Shown here piece by piece: positions 12,946-25,679 of a DNA stretch of 64,000 nucleotides. The notes under the pieces are model-generated. The model worked only from the letters and a program-made list of their open reading frames with translations. It was not told the DNA's origin and did no database searches. The translations under genes and the position numbers were made by a program. The stretch is from Octopus vulgaris (taxonomy: Eukaryota): positions 203,484,001 to 203,548,000 of the forward strand of contig OX597814.1 in the NCBI GenBank assembly GCA_951406725.2. The letters are read 5' to 3'. Positions within the stretch are counted from its first letter, which is position 1. Each line of letters starts with the position of its first letter.

Positions 12946-14310
12946 ATTTAATGTCCATTGTCTATGCTGGCACAGGTTGGACAGTTTGACTGGGCTGGCA
13001 TGTTGGAAGGCTGCGCCAGACTCCAGTCTGATTCGGCATGATTTTCTATGGCTGGATGCCCTCCCTAACGCCAACCATTCCACGAGTGTAATAGGTGCGT
13101 TTATATGTCACTAGCACAGGTGCCATTTGCACGATACCAGGGTGCATTTATATCCCACTGCCAAGGGTGCCAATTTGTATGACACTGGTATCTACCATGA
13201 CTGCAATTTTGCTCAAGTTGATGGGTCTTCTTCTCAAGCAAGACATAATGCCAAAGATCTCAGTCATTGTCTCCATGAGGCCCAACACTAGAAAGGAACT
13301 TAGCCACTTTGCCCCTGTGAGGCCCAAAACTTGAAAGGAACTCATCCACTTTGCCTCCATGAGGCCCAATGTTTGAAAGGTGTTCTTTACATACCACTAA
13401 CATGGGTACACTTGACTTGACAGGTCCTCACAAGCACAGCACATCGCCAAAGGTCTTGATCATTAGTCATTGCCTCTGTGCGGCTCAAAGTTTGAAGATC
13501 ATGCTTCACAACCTTGTTCCATGTCTTCCTGAGTCTATCTCTACCACAGGTTCCTCTAGGAACTGTCCTTGTCCATATGCATCACATGACCATACCAGCA
13601 CAGCTACCTCTCTTGCACACCACATTTGATACTTCTTATGTCTAACTTTTCTCTCAAGATGCTCACACTCTGTCAAACCTTCACACTGGTATTGCACATC
13701 CAGCGAAGTATACTGACTTCATTTCTTTCAAGCCTACAAATGATCTCGGTTGTCACAGTCAATGTTTCACTGCCATGCAGCATGGCTGTTCACATACAGG
13801 CACCAAACAATCTGCCTTTCACTCTGAGAGTGAGGCCCTTTGTTGCTGACGGTGAACTTTGCCCACCCTAATCTTATTCTCACAGCTATGTTCTCAAAGC
13901 ATCTACCTCCACTACTAACTCGATCACCTAGATAATGGAAACTATCTACTATCATGAGCTTACCTTCATGGCAGTTGACGGAGTCTATTTTCTGCTTATT
14001 TTCGGCATCTTCTGCATACAAAAGTTAGTTTCCCTGTTAACCTTCCACTGATATTGCTGCACTGGGTGCAACTTACACTGGGTGCAACTTACACTGGGTG
14101 CAACTTAGGGAGTTTCTACCTACACCTTTTCTACAGATTGAGCAGAGATTTGTGATTTGTCTGCCTTCTTACTTATTAAGACTTTAGTGTTTACTAGGTT
14201 AACTCAAAAGCCCTTTGATTCTTGACCTTGCTTTCATACCTGAAACTTCTTCTATAGATCAGGTAGCAATTGAGCTATAAGAGTAAGGTCATCAGCATAG
14301 AGGAGGTCCC
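12946..14310 (-). mobile_element. 5'-truncated RTE-clade LINE (RT 3' half and 3' UTR)
   Basis: Minus strand reads DLLYADDLTL near 14281-14310, then VDSFHYLGD and RIRLGWAKF. The 3' UTR carries family C motifs. A 16-bp unit is repeated three times at 14060-14107. Confidence 0.9.
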
Positions 14311-14339
14311 TATTAAAGCAAAAGCAGGAGTTGTATAAT

Positions 14340-14975
14340 TACATCATTTTCTATGTAACCTTCTTACTTTTCAATGCACTTCTTCCAGTGGTCCACAAGC
14401 TTGCTTATTCCATTGCAGAACAAGTTTTTTAGCTGGTCACACTGCCATTTATGTACTGCTTCCTGTGCTTCTTTGTCTATAGCACATCGAGGACTTCGTA
14501 AAAGATGTTTGAAGAATCTAAAGAGGTGGTAGCTGGAAGGAACTGCATGTAAGGTGCATGTAAGTAAATTAAAACCTGATGTTTCAATGGTTTCAGTGAT
14601 GTGGGTAGCTGTCCGAGGGTGTGCATAGTCATGCAACAATAACACTTGATTTGACCAAAGACCTAGGTGTTTGGTGCAAATTGCTGGTTTCAGTTTGTTG
14701 GCTAGCATTTCACTACAACTTATATGCTCCAGGCCCTTTTTCTGCAGAAGATTGAGTCTTGAATTTCTTTTTTGCTGGTGATTCAGGGCGTTTCTACTCC
14801 ATATTTTTTGATTTTGGCTCAAAGTGATGGACCCAGGTCTCACCTCCTGTGACTATTCTCTTCAGAATGCTTTGCCTTCATTGTTTTAATGGTCAAATAA
14901 GCATTGATAGATCTCCACACGATTGTGCTTGTGTAATTTAGTAAGTCCTCTTGGCACCCATCTCACACACATAAA
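14340..14975 (-). mobile_element. Mariner transposase remnant
   Basis: RWVP, LLLHDYAHP (LHDNARPH), PSSYHLF (PSDYHLF), GISKLVDHWKKCIE. Confidence 0.9.
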
Positions 14976-15711
14976 TATGATGGAAGAAATGAAATAAGGA
15001 TTAAGAACAATATAGTAGTTTTATCAGTTTTAATCTATCAATATAAAAATAGATGAAGAGATCTTCTGTGGTTTTTATTATAAAATGATAACAAAGATTC
15101 TTCTTTGAATAAAAATCCAATTTAAACTTTCAATAAAGAGATTGTTTTCATAATCTTTTCTTTCATGTGTTTGTAACATATATAATATAAAAGTCTGTTT
15201 GAAATCAGTCTATTGCTAGAAGACCACCATCAACACCCTCCACGTCTTCACCACTACCACCACCCATGTGTGACATCATCCCTCTGCCGGATGCTGGTGC
15301 CTGATAGGACAATGAATTGTTGATTTTATTTTTATTCAATATTCATGCTGTTTACTGTTATTTTGTCTACAAAGAAACAAAAATGACTAATAAATAAACA
15401 AACTATCATTGAACTGGAACTATTTATTACCAATTATGTTTAATAACAATGAAGAGTCCCTACATAGTCGGCATGCCTACTAGAAACAGCAGCCAGATAA
15501 CCCCCTTCAAATCACACAAGTGCTATAAAAGCAACATTAAGGATATGTGTAGTTCCTGACATATACAAAAGATGAGTCGCTTATGGTACAAAAATTTTAA
15601 CACAATTCATTGGCATCTTTGGCAAGTGTCTTCTACTATAACCACCTCCACCTTAGGTTGACCAATGCCTTGTGAAGTAATTTGGTATATGGAAACTGAA
15701 AGAAGCCCATC

Positions 15712-15749
<38 letters not shown>

Positions 15750-15760
15750 TACATATATAT

Positions 15761-16078
15761 ATTTTTAAGTTTATCTCTTACAGATTTTCTGTATAATTTA
15801 GAGCCAGTACTGAAGGTTATGATGTTTCATATATAAATATGTGTATGTAAACAATGTAAACAAAGTGGCTATTTAAGCAATGTATTCATGGATAGTTAAT
15901 AAGTTGGATGTGGTGCTGAAGAAGGAGAAATAACTCCTGAAATATGCATATAAATCCATTACTTGTTTTCCTGTGTTCACTTATATTGTTTACATAGATG
16001 TTTTCATGTAGGAAACGTTGCACCATTCAGTGGTGGCTCAAAATTCTATGGAAAATTTGTAGAGATAAACTTGGAAAT
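15761..16078. repeat. Fold-back element with ~100-bp imperfect arms and a hammerhead-like motif in the spacer
   Basis: aagtttatctc...tatgtaaacaatgtaa pairs with ttatattgtttacata...gagataaactt. Confidence 0.85.
15912..15957 (+). ncRNA. Type I hammerhead ribozyme motif with decayed stem I
   Basis: CTGAAGA (15916-15922), stem II AGGAG/CTCCT, GAA, palindromic stem III ATATGCATAT, then A. Confidence 0.6.
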
Positions 16079-16580
16079 GAAAACAACACACTGCTAACAT
16101 AAAGTAGGACACAGTATTGACTTATAAATCTTTAATATACTTGACACTCTAGTATGGTTGCAAAACGAAATATGGTGTCCCTATTAGCAATTAACATTTG
16201 TGTGTGTGTGCTTGCTTTCCAGCCATGTAGATTTGCTAGACAGAAACTGAAAGAAGGCTATCCTATATATATATAAATATATATATATATATTCACACAT
16301 ACACACACATGTATACATATATATGTGTGTGTGTGTGTTGTGTGTGTGTGTGTCCTCTTTGCAGTACATGATAGTTGTAAATGGTTGTCCTGTCATACAA
16401 GCAGTGTCATTCATTTCTAATATTCTGCGAGAGCATGGGATAATATTACTCTGCTTGAAAACAAGTGAGGGTTGGTGACAGGAAGAGCATCTGGTAGTTG
16501 AAAATATGCCTCGATAAACTCCATCCGATCCATGCAAGCATGGAAAAGAGGATGTTAAAAAGAGGATGATGATGGTGATA

Positions 16581-16613
<33 letters not shown>

Positions 16614-17934
16614 TATTTTACAAAGTCATATGCACTTGCCAGTCAAGGCTGACTGTGCTCCTATGATACAGAACAAATCTAATTTTTTAGAAACCCTGTA
16701 ATTGATTCCACGTTTTGTTAAGCTCCCAAAGTACAGTACAGCTATTCTATTGCAAAGCTTTATCTATTCTTCCAATGAAACTACAAAAATATCCACTTAA
16801 TACAACTTTTTCAAAGTAAAAGACTAAAATTGATGTACCATCCACATCTGCTGTATTTCATTACAGTTTAGTTCATAGTTTTCTCCACTAGCTTTGCTCC
16901 TATCTTATAAAATTAGACATGTTATATAATACATAGCAGGAGAATATAATACTTGGTTCCAACATAGATTCTAGGGAAGCTTTTATTTAAATTGTATTTT
17001 TTCTATCCTTTTTGTTTTCTGAATGTATTTTCTTACACAATGAATGCGATCTGTTTGAAAGAGTATTACAGTTGTAACTCAATGAAATCTACATTCAAAC
17101 AGATGAAGTACTTTTAAAAACTAAAAAGTAGCTTTTCTATTACATTATCTGTTAGAAACATTTTGTTATTTCTCAACTTTTATTGTATTGAATTACCTAC
17201 TGACTGCCTTGAACCAATGTGATTGTCTTTTATGTTCTTCCTTTGCTAGTTATGTAGAATTTGCTTTCTTTGTATAAAACTTCTCAACTTCAGCTACATA
17301 TCAGTAAAACACCCATTTGTAGCAGATTAAATGTCTTAAGTTAATCTAATTTATTTTCATTATTTTAGTATGAGTGAATTTGCAGAAATGTTAGTGTTGG
17401 AAAATACACCTTGCAATATTTGTTCCAGTTTTATTTTCTGATTTCAAATCCTGCCAAGGTCAACTTTGCTTTTCCCAGAGCTGACTATATATCTCTTCCA
17501 GGTGGTGCTATCAAATTACACATAGCCTGAGTCAACTTTGGCCAAAACTTATCTAAGTAATCTAATCTATGCTGTAACCTTTTAATCAAAGCATGACAAT
17601 GTGGGTAGAGGCTGATATCTTTTCTGTTGGTCTTAAGTATAAAAAAAAAAATTATTAAAGATTTATATAGAACTACATTCAGAGTATGTCTATAAGCTAT
17701 TGTGTTTAGACCTGGTTTCTATCCTCAAACTGTTCCGTTTTGTAGATGCATTTTTTTTTTAATGAAGCACTCCAAAATTAGAAAAATCAAAAATCTGCAA
17801 CAATCTTGGTCCCATGAATATCGGATAATGGATTTTCAATTGTGTAAAGAAACTGATTGTGGTGATCATAGTTTTGACAGTGATTGTGGTGAAAGCTGAG
17901 ACAGTATTGATGATGATGATGGTCGAGATAAGTA

Positions 17935-18056
17935 TGGGAGGAGGTTATGTTTTTGCCGGCGTTGATTTGGGAAATTGGGTGATTTTCATCATGTGTGTAT
18001 ATGGGTGGAAACGAACTGCTTGGCAGAGGTCTGTGCTCTCCGAGTGCTTTTCTAGT
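17935..18056 (+). mobile_element. Possible non-autonomous Helitron/Helentron-type 3' end
   Basis: Short hairpin GTGCTC-TCC-GAGTGC a few nt before CTAG|T (18052-18056). Confidence 0.4.
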
Positions 18057-18659
18057 TTGTGTAAGTGCCAACCTCCTTGAATTTCAGTCTGGTTTGGAGA
18101 GTAAACAAGTTAGTTTTAAAGTGTTTTCAAAAAATTCTTATATATTATTTAAAGAATAATGCGATTTCATGAGGACAGTTCTTAGAATGGCCTCTCTTGT
18201 ATGAGGTTTAAGATGTTTGGAGTATTCCCACAAGGGCCAGGAAAGAAATGAACAACATGACCTTCAAACAGCCATTTTTGAATGAGTTACTTTTATTCTT
18301 TTGTTCTTTTACTTGTTTCAGTCATTTGACTGCAGCCATGCTGGAGCACCACCTTTAGTCGAACAAATCACCCCCAGGACTTATTCTTTGTAAGCCTAGT
18401 ACTTTTGTATATATTTTTTAAAAATCCATAAAAATTAGCATTTTCTGCCTGACTTTCCTACAATATTTCAAAATATATTCAGATAACAGATAATTCATGA
18501 CAAAACTAGTTCACATTATCTGCTGAATGATCAGAAATGTGAAACTCAGAATACTAGAAATTAAAAACCATTCGGTTAAAAGATCTAAATTTATATTCTG
18601 AGTTTGTTGATTTGTACTTTTTTGGGGAATCAGCAGAAATTCACACAAACACATATCAC

Positions 18660-18713
<54 letters not shown>

Positions 18714-19691
18714 GAAATATGGTGTGCTTGAAAAGACTCAGCAAGCCAAGTGAGACAGTAACTGTGGCCTATGCTAGTGCAGCATAACCAGCCCATTTAA
18801 GGGTACTCTCCAATCATTGGACAATAAACTGTGCTTGCAAAGACCTGTTAAGGCAAGTGAAGTCATCAATGTGGCCGATGACAGTAGTGCCTGGTTGGCA
18901 CCTGTGCCAGTGGAAAGTATAAAGCACCATTTACATGAACACCACCCTGTACTTAACTCCATGTCCCCCTACATGGCCTTGCTATTTGATTTTGAGCCAA
19001 ATTAACTAACTAACTAACTAACATTTGACCATGGTTGATGCCAGTGCTGCCAGGTCCCGTGCCTGTGGCACGTAAAAAGCATTATTCAAGCATGGTTGAT
19101 GCCAGTACCACTTGACTGGCCCTCATGTCGGTAGCATGTAAAAAGCACCCACCACACTCTTGGAGTGGTTGGCATTAGGAAAGGCATCCAGCTATAGAAA
19201 CATTGCCAGATTGGATTGGTGCCTGGTGCAGCCTTCTGGCTCGCCAGCCCTCAGTCAGACTGTCCAACCCATGCCAGCATAGAAAGCAGATGTTAAATGA
19301 CGATGATGATGATGACAATCAATATATATATATATATATAATCATCATCGTCGTTTAACGTCCGCTTTCCATGCTGGCATGGGTTGACTGAGGACTGGGG
19401 AGCCAGAGGCTGCACTAGGCTCAATCTGATCCGGCAAAGTTTCTACAGCTGGATGCCTTTCCTAATGCCAACCATTCCAAGAGTGTAGTGGGTGCTTTTA
19501 CGTGACACCGGCACGAGGGCTAGCCAGGCGGTTCTGGCAACGACTATGCACAAAAGGTATTTTTTACATGCTACCTGTACGGGAGCCAGTCCGGCTGCAC
19601 TGGCAACAACCACGCTCAAAGGACAACAAGCTTTAAGGCAAGGCGAACATCTCAAGTTATATACATTATTATTATTAAAAAAAAATTCAAA

Positions 19692-19747
19692 GTCTTACAG
19701 CTGTTTCTGGGATATCCCCGAGTATGGGATATTCCGCCATGAGAAAC
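19692..19747 (-). ncRNA. Degenerate type I hammerhead motif
   Basis: Minus strand: GTTT-CTCATGG (mutated CTGATGA), long stem II (ATATCCC/GGGATAT), GAA-ACAGCTGT-A-AGAC; palindromic stem III and GUA site. Confidence 0.55.
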
Positions 19748-19846
19748 AAATTGGAAAAAATAGGAAAAATGAGAAGGGTATATACTAATGGAATGATGAG
19801 TAAAGGAATAAGGATATGAAAAGAGAGAAGAAAAAAGAAGCATAAA

Positions 19847-19972
19847 AGTTCCTAGTTCAATTTTCTGATGTTGTAGAAACAAATGCATAAGTTCTTGGGT
19901 GCAATCCTGCGTATATTGTAGCTAAGGACTTATGCATTTGTTTCTACAACATCGGAAAGTTGAACTATGAAC
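19847..19972. repeat. Inverted repeat with ~50-bp arms
   Basis: tagttcaattttctgatgttgtagaaacaaatgcataagttctt pairs with aaggacttatgcatttgtttctacaacatcggaaagttgaacta. Confidence 0.9.
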
Positions 19973-21721
19973 TGTATTAAAGAGAGAAAGTGAGAGAGAG
20001 AGATCAGGAATGAAGACTGAAACAGGTGCACAACTGCAAGGGAAATACATGGTTACCCAACCTGAGGGAAGTGCAGGAGAAGAGGAGAGAGTGTGGAAGA
20101 TAATAGGATAGAGATTTTGGCAAAATGCTGAGCATACTCACAAGGGACGGAGATCAGAATATAAATGGGATGGTTGAGTAAAGGAAGAGAGAGATATAGA
20201 TGGTGGCAAGTACCAGGGCATACCCTTGAGGTTTGAACACCATAATATAAGTGGCAAGATATTGTGAAGGAAGTGTGAGAGGAGGAGGCATTGGAGGAGG
20301 TGATGATGAAATGGTTATAATGAGACAGATACAGGTGTCTTGCTGTAGAGGAACTACAAGGTTACCTGGCCGGAGAGAGAAAGATCAGGAATGAAGACAG
20401 AAACAAGTGTGCTACCGCAAAGAAAATACACAGTTGCCCAACCTGAGATAAGTGTAGGAGAAGGAGAGAGAGAGAGAGAGAGAGAGAGACAGCAGGATAG
20501 AGATGGTGGCAAAATGCCATGCATACTCACAAAGAATGGAGATCAGAATATATATGAGATTATTGAGTAAAGGAAGAGAGAGATATAGATGATGGCAATT
20601 ACCAGGGCATACCTTTGAGGTTCAAATGCCATAATATAAGTGACAGGATATAGTGAAGGGAGTGTGATTAAAGAGTGCAAATAAGTGGCAAAAGACCTTG
20701 GTATATATAGAGTTGGAGGGGCTACCTGATAGTAATGATACAGAAAAACAGGGGTGTGAGGACAGGATTGGGGAGTGAGAGCTAGGCATAGTGTATGAAG
20801 GAGGAAATGTGAGAAAGAGAAGACATATAGATTGGTTTGTTGGGGTATCACCAAGTACTTGGTAACACTTAAAAGTACCCAGTCCACGGCATAAAGTGGT
20901 TGGTGTTTGGAAGGGCATCCAGCTGTAAAAACCTTGCCAAAACGGACCTAGCCTGTGTTTGTGCCATGTAAAAAAGTACTAAGTTCACTCTGCTAAGTGG
21001 TTGGTGTTAGGAAGAGCATCCAACTGTAAAAATCCTGCCAAAACAGTCACAGAAGTCTGGTGCAGGCTTCAGCCTGACCAGCTCTTGTGGTACCATCCCA
21101 CCCATGCTAGCATGGAAGATGAATGTTAAATGATGATGATGATGGTGGTATGTCATCATCATCATCATCATCATCCTTTAACATCCATTTTCCATACAAT
21201 GGTCTCTTTTCAGTTTTCATCTACCAAACCCATTCATAAGACTTTGGTTGGCCTGGCACTATAGTTGAAGATACACAAGGTGCTATATAGTGAGAGCAAA
21301 CCCAAAAGCATGTGGTTGGGAATTGAACTTCTTAACCACACAGACATACCTGCATATGTATTGATTCCTTTTGACATTTGAAGAAATAATTATCTTACTG
21401 TACATAACCTAAGTCAAAATCTGTAATCAATGTTATTCACTAATTATCAGTTTCACATTATTATCTCTAGTTAATGAAGTAAATGCATTAATTATTACTA
21501 AAAATAACTCTACCGTAAGGCACACTAAAGATAGTTGCACATTAATCATCAAACTCTTTTAATATCAAATTGCTCGAACCCACTTATTCTGAAGTGAGTG
21601 TTCATATGTAAATTAATACCTTCTTCAAAATTGATTATTATATTAACAATACTGTGAGATTTCAGGCGGTAATCAACAACATAATATATCTATATATTTC
21701 TCTCTCTCTCTGTCTCTTTGT

Positions 21722-21772
<51 letters not shown>

Positions 21773-21788
21773 TGTGTATGTGTGCATG

Positions 21789-21827
<39 letters not shown>

Positions 21828-22030
21828 CATGGAGAACAGACATTAAACGACGATGATGATGATAATGATGATGATGATGATATATATATATACATATATA
21901 TCTAATATATATATAAATTTAATGGACAATATATGGAATTAACTAATCCAGTGGTACTCATAAAAAAGCTCATTTAATAGATCAGGTCACAAACCACAGA
22001 GTAAGCTAAAACAAAACAAAGACATGTATT

Positions 22031-22077
22031 GTATAGTCTGATGAAGTTGAAATAGTAAATCCAATTGCTAATTATAC
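22031..22077 (+). ncRNA. Degenerate type I hammerhead motif
   Basis: Stem I GTATAGT/ATTATAC flanks CTGATGA (22038-22044), and a CAATTG palindrome precedes the site. Stem II and the GAAA box are decayed. Followed by (TA)n. Confidence 0.4.
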
Positions 22078-22439
22078 ATGATATATATATGCATAATGTA
22101 TATGTATACATATCTGTACATATGTGTGTGACCCTGCCATGGCAGGTGCGACTTAAAAAGCATCCAGTCCACGCTATAGAGTAATTGGCATTTGGAAGGG
22201 CATCCAGCTGTAAAAAGCATGCCAAAACTGACCTTGCCTGTGCTGGTTCCTCGTAAAAAGCAGTCAACCCACTATGTAGAGTGAGTGTTAGGAAGGGCAT
22301 CCAGCCATAAAAAACTATGCCAAAACAGACTCAAAAGTATGGTGCAGGCTCCTACTTGGCCAGCGCCTGCTGGACCACATCCAACCCATGCCAGAATGGA
22401 AGGAGAATGTTAAATGATGATGTATACATACATATTATA

Positions 22440-23210
22440 TCAGGCTGAGTAAAAAGTAAGCAACGTTTTGAAACATGAACTTCATCACAATATATTTCAA
22501 CAATGCAGAAATGTTATTCATCAAAGTAAGCACCATTACAATCAACGCAATTTTGTCAATGAGTTACAAGTTTGTTTATTCCAGTAACATAAAAATCTGG
22601 AGTTCTGGAGCTGATGAACTATTTGAATGCACTTTTAGCATCAGTTTGACTTTTGAGCTCCTTCTCTCACAGGAAACCATCAATGTGCTTAAAAACATGG
22701 TAGTTGGTAAGAGAAAAGTCTAGGAAATAAGTTGGGCGGGGAAGAACTTCCTAGCCAAGTTCCCTCAACTTCTGGAATGTCATTAGTGAAATGTGTGTGG
22801 TCGAGCATTGTCATGAAGGATGATTGGTCCCCTTCTGTTGACCAGTATGGGATGGAGGAGTAGCAGTTATTTGTTCGTTTTGATAATTTCATGGCAATAT
22901 GTTTCTGCTGTAATGGTTTTTCAAGGTTTTAAGAAGTTATAGTGGATTAGTCCAGCAGTACGCCACCAAACAGTCACTATAACCTTCTTTTTGAAGAGCT
23001 CAGGTTAAGGGAAGGTTTTTGTAGTTTCATTTTGGTCCAACTGCTGTGAAGAACATTTTTTATTATTGTACAGACTCCACTTTTCATTGCAAGTCACAAT
23101 ATGATCAAGAAATGGATTGGTCTGGTTATGGAGAAGAAGTGATGAGCAAATTTCATATCTGTGCATTTTCTGATTTTCATTTAAATCATGTGGTACCCAT
23201 TTGTCGAGCA
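22440..23210 (-). mobile_element. Mariner remnant truncated by a PLE fragment
   Basis: WVPHDL...EICSSLL...FLDHIVTCNEKW; terminus TA|TCAGGCTGAGTAAAAAGTAAG at 22440. Confidence 0.9.
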
Positions 23211-23750
23211 TTACTCAACATTTAGGGATAGGAATAAACGTAACAGTACAGGGCTCAGTAAATTAATTTGGGATCTAAAAGACCACAATAAACAATTTAA
23301 TTTAGAATGGTTGATTCTCTCAATCTTGATACCTTATGATAAAGGCAAGGTATTAAACACGGTTATAGAACGTGCATACCGATGTAAGCATTGGCAAAAC
23401 ACACCTTTAGTTCATATAAGTAATCTCTATCATTATATATAATTTAAAAATTAATTTTCTTTTTATATTTAACATTCACTAAAAAAATATCCCTCCTCTT
23501 TCTATAGACTACTTCTGATGTTATATCATATAACGTTTTTTCAAACAATATTAATAGCATTCAGTATATCACTATACTTATACATCATTTTCTGTTAAAA
23601 TGTCTTATTGATGAGTTTCATTTCTTCACTTCTCTGAAGAGAAGATTACATTGTTTTAACCATTTATTCCTTTGGAATAATATCAGTGAAATCTTCGAAA
23701 CATGTGTCAGAAGTAAAAGTATTTGAATTATACCTACGTTAAACTCTATT
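23210..23750 (+). mobile_element. Penelope-like element 3' end (GIY-YIG C-terminal part and HHR-bearing terminus)
   Basis: HYSTFR...NSTGLSKLIWDLKD...LEWLIL is homologous to HTHSFR...QTTLAAHIWYLKR...KWKLL of the PLE at 24387-25590. Ends in (TA)n. Confidence 0.85.
23628..23714 (+). ncRNA. Type I hammerhead ribozyme with canonical core and GUC site
   Basis: Stem I ACTTCT/AGAAGT; CTGAAGA 23634-23640; stem II GAAGATT/AATCTTC with a branched extension; GAAA 23697-23700; stem III AC-ATGT-GT; predicted cleavage after C23708. Confidence 0.85.
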
Positions 23751-23787
23751 TATATATATGTATGTATATATATATATATATATATAT

Positions 23788-23883
<96 letters not shown>

Positions 23884-23885
<2 letters not shown>

Positions 23886-24329
23886 CATCATCATCGTTTA
23901 ACGTCCGTTCTCCATGCTAGCATGGGTTGGGCAGTTCGACCGGGGATCTGGGAAGCCAGAAGGCTGCATCAGGCTCTGGTCTTATCTGGCAATGTTTCTA
24001 CAGCTGGATGCCCTTCCTAACGCCAACCACTCCGTGAGTGTAGTGGGTGCTTTTTACGTGCTACCTGCACTGGTGCCAGGCGAGGCTGGCATCGGCCACG
24101 GTCGGATTGGTGCATTTTACGTGCCACCTGCACGGAAGCCAGTCGAGGCGGCACTGGCTTCGGCCACGATTCGGATGGTGCTTTTTACATGCCACCGACA
24201 CGGAAGCCAGTCAAGGCGGCGCTGGCATTGGCCACGATTCAGATAGTGCTTTTTACATATCTCCAGTCCAGGGGTCCTGGCATCTGCCGGGTGCCAGTCA
24301 TAGGATTGGTTCAATTTTGATTCCGATTT

Positions 24330-24330
<1 letters not shown>
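23884..24330 (-). mobile_element. Young RTE-related short element (family C) with 63-68-bp internal tandem units
   Basis: Near-identical to 30978-31350 (inverted) and 61603-61980; CpGs retained. Confidence 0.85.
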
Positions 24331-24385
<55 letters not shown>

Positions 24386-24386
24386 G

Positions 24387-25590
24387 TCAGCATGGGTGCT
24401 AACGACTCTGCTGAAATAAGTGACCTAGTGGGCCTTTTCATCCTCCATAGGCTGAAAACCCTATTCACAGGCCTCTCCGGTGGTCTTTACCGAGATGACG
24501 GCCTTTTCGCCCTCCACAATATAAACCCCAGGACCACGGATGGGTTCCGGAAAAATCTTCACACCTTCTTTAAAAACTTAGGCCTTAGGATTACCCTAGA
24601 ATCCAACTTAACAAAGGCTAACTTCCTCGATGTCACCCTCGACTTAAAAACCTCACTTTATTACCCGTACCACAAACCAAATGAATCCCTTAGATATATA
24701 GATATCAATTCCAACCACCCCAAAAATATATTAGATAACCTAGTAAAAAGTGTCTCAATTAGAATCTCTAGCCTGTCCGCCACGGAAGATATCTTTAAAG
24801 CCGCAGCCCCCTATTACAACGAGGCCCTGGCCCGCAGTGGTTTTAAAGATAAGATTACCTACACTAGTATAGCCCCACGCCAACCCAGGAAAAATAGACG
24901 AAGACACATTAGCTGGTACAACCCCCCTTCAACCGTGAGGTCGCTACACCTGTAGCTAAGATCTTTTTCACTCTCCTACAGAAACACTTCCCCACCCAAC
25001 ATAAGTACTACACTATCCTAAATAAGAACACTATTAGACTCTCCTACTCTACCACGCCCAATCTAGCCAGGAACCTAGCCAACAACAATGTGAAAAAACT
25101 TAACATATCTACTTTCTCCGGGGCCCATCCAACGTCCGATAGCAGTTGCAACTGCCATGATAAAACCACCTGCCCCCTCAACAACAACTGCCTACAGAGG
25201 GACCTAGTATAGAAATGCGAGGTAAGATCAGGCCTTGACGATAAAAGTAAATCCTACATTGGAATGACGTCAAACAGCTTTAAGACCCGCTGGTACGCAC
25301 ATACACACTCGTTCCGGCGACAGGATAAATCCAACCAAACTACCCTCGCCGCCCACATCTGGTACCTTAAAAGGAACTCAATCCCCTTCAAGACCAAGTG
25401 GAAACTACTACAGAAGGCGCGCTCGTACACAGGAGGACATACCTGCTGTGACCTATGCATATCAGAGAGCCTAGAGATCTTGTTCGCCAAAGGCCCTCTC
25501 CTTAACAAATTTTCAGAACACTCCCCAAATTGCATGCATAAGAAGTATGCGAACTACAAGAACTATAGACCTACCCGGCAACCTGATTGA
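24387..25590 (+). pseudogene. 5'-truncated Penelope-like ORF (RT, Cys-rich linker, GIY-YIG; Neptune-like layout)
   Basis: SMGANDSAEISDLVG, LYRDDG, FLDVTLDL, PYHKPN, SNHP, WYNPP; frameshift in the C run at 24922-24927; CNC...CPLNNNCL linker; LV*KCEV...SYIGMT with TAG at 25210-25212 replacing Tyr; C-terminal CDLC...CMH; stop at 25588-25590. Confidence 0.93.
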
Positions 25591-25679
25591 TGACAACCCC
25601 CCCCCCTACAACCCCCCCAACCCCACTGTTCCCCTAGCACCCCCGATTACCTTTTCTCCTAAGACCTTTCACATATTGT

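Larger units (their letters stand above)
18715..21140. mobile_element. Cluster of RTE-related (family C) fragments in both orientations
   Basis: Repeated ggaagggcatccagct motif and (GAT)n tails. An internal duplication links ~19985-20260 and ~20375-20665. A PLE-like insert interrupts the cluster at ~19650-19975. Confidence 0.75.

Noticed and set aside
24046-24258. Regularly spaced repeats resembling a CRISPR array
   Set aside because: The units are similar along their whole length with no unique spacers, lie inside a multicopy eukaryotic retroposon, and no cas genes are present.
24047-24386. N-terminal part of the 302-aa ORF
   Set aside because: Read-through of a family C repeat and (TA)n into the truncated PLE RT; not a native fusion protein.
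25210-25212. In-frame stop in the PLE as possible selenocysteine recoding
   Set aside because: The codon is TAG at a conserved Tyr position, so it is a simple nonsense mutation.
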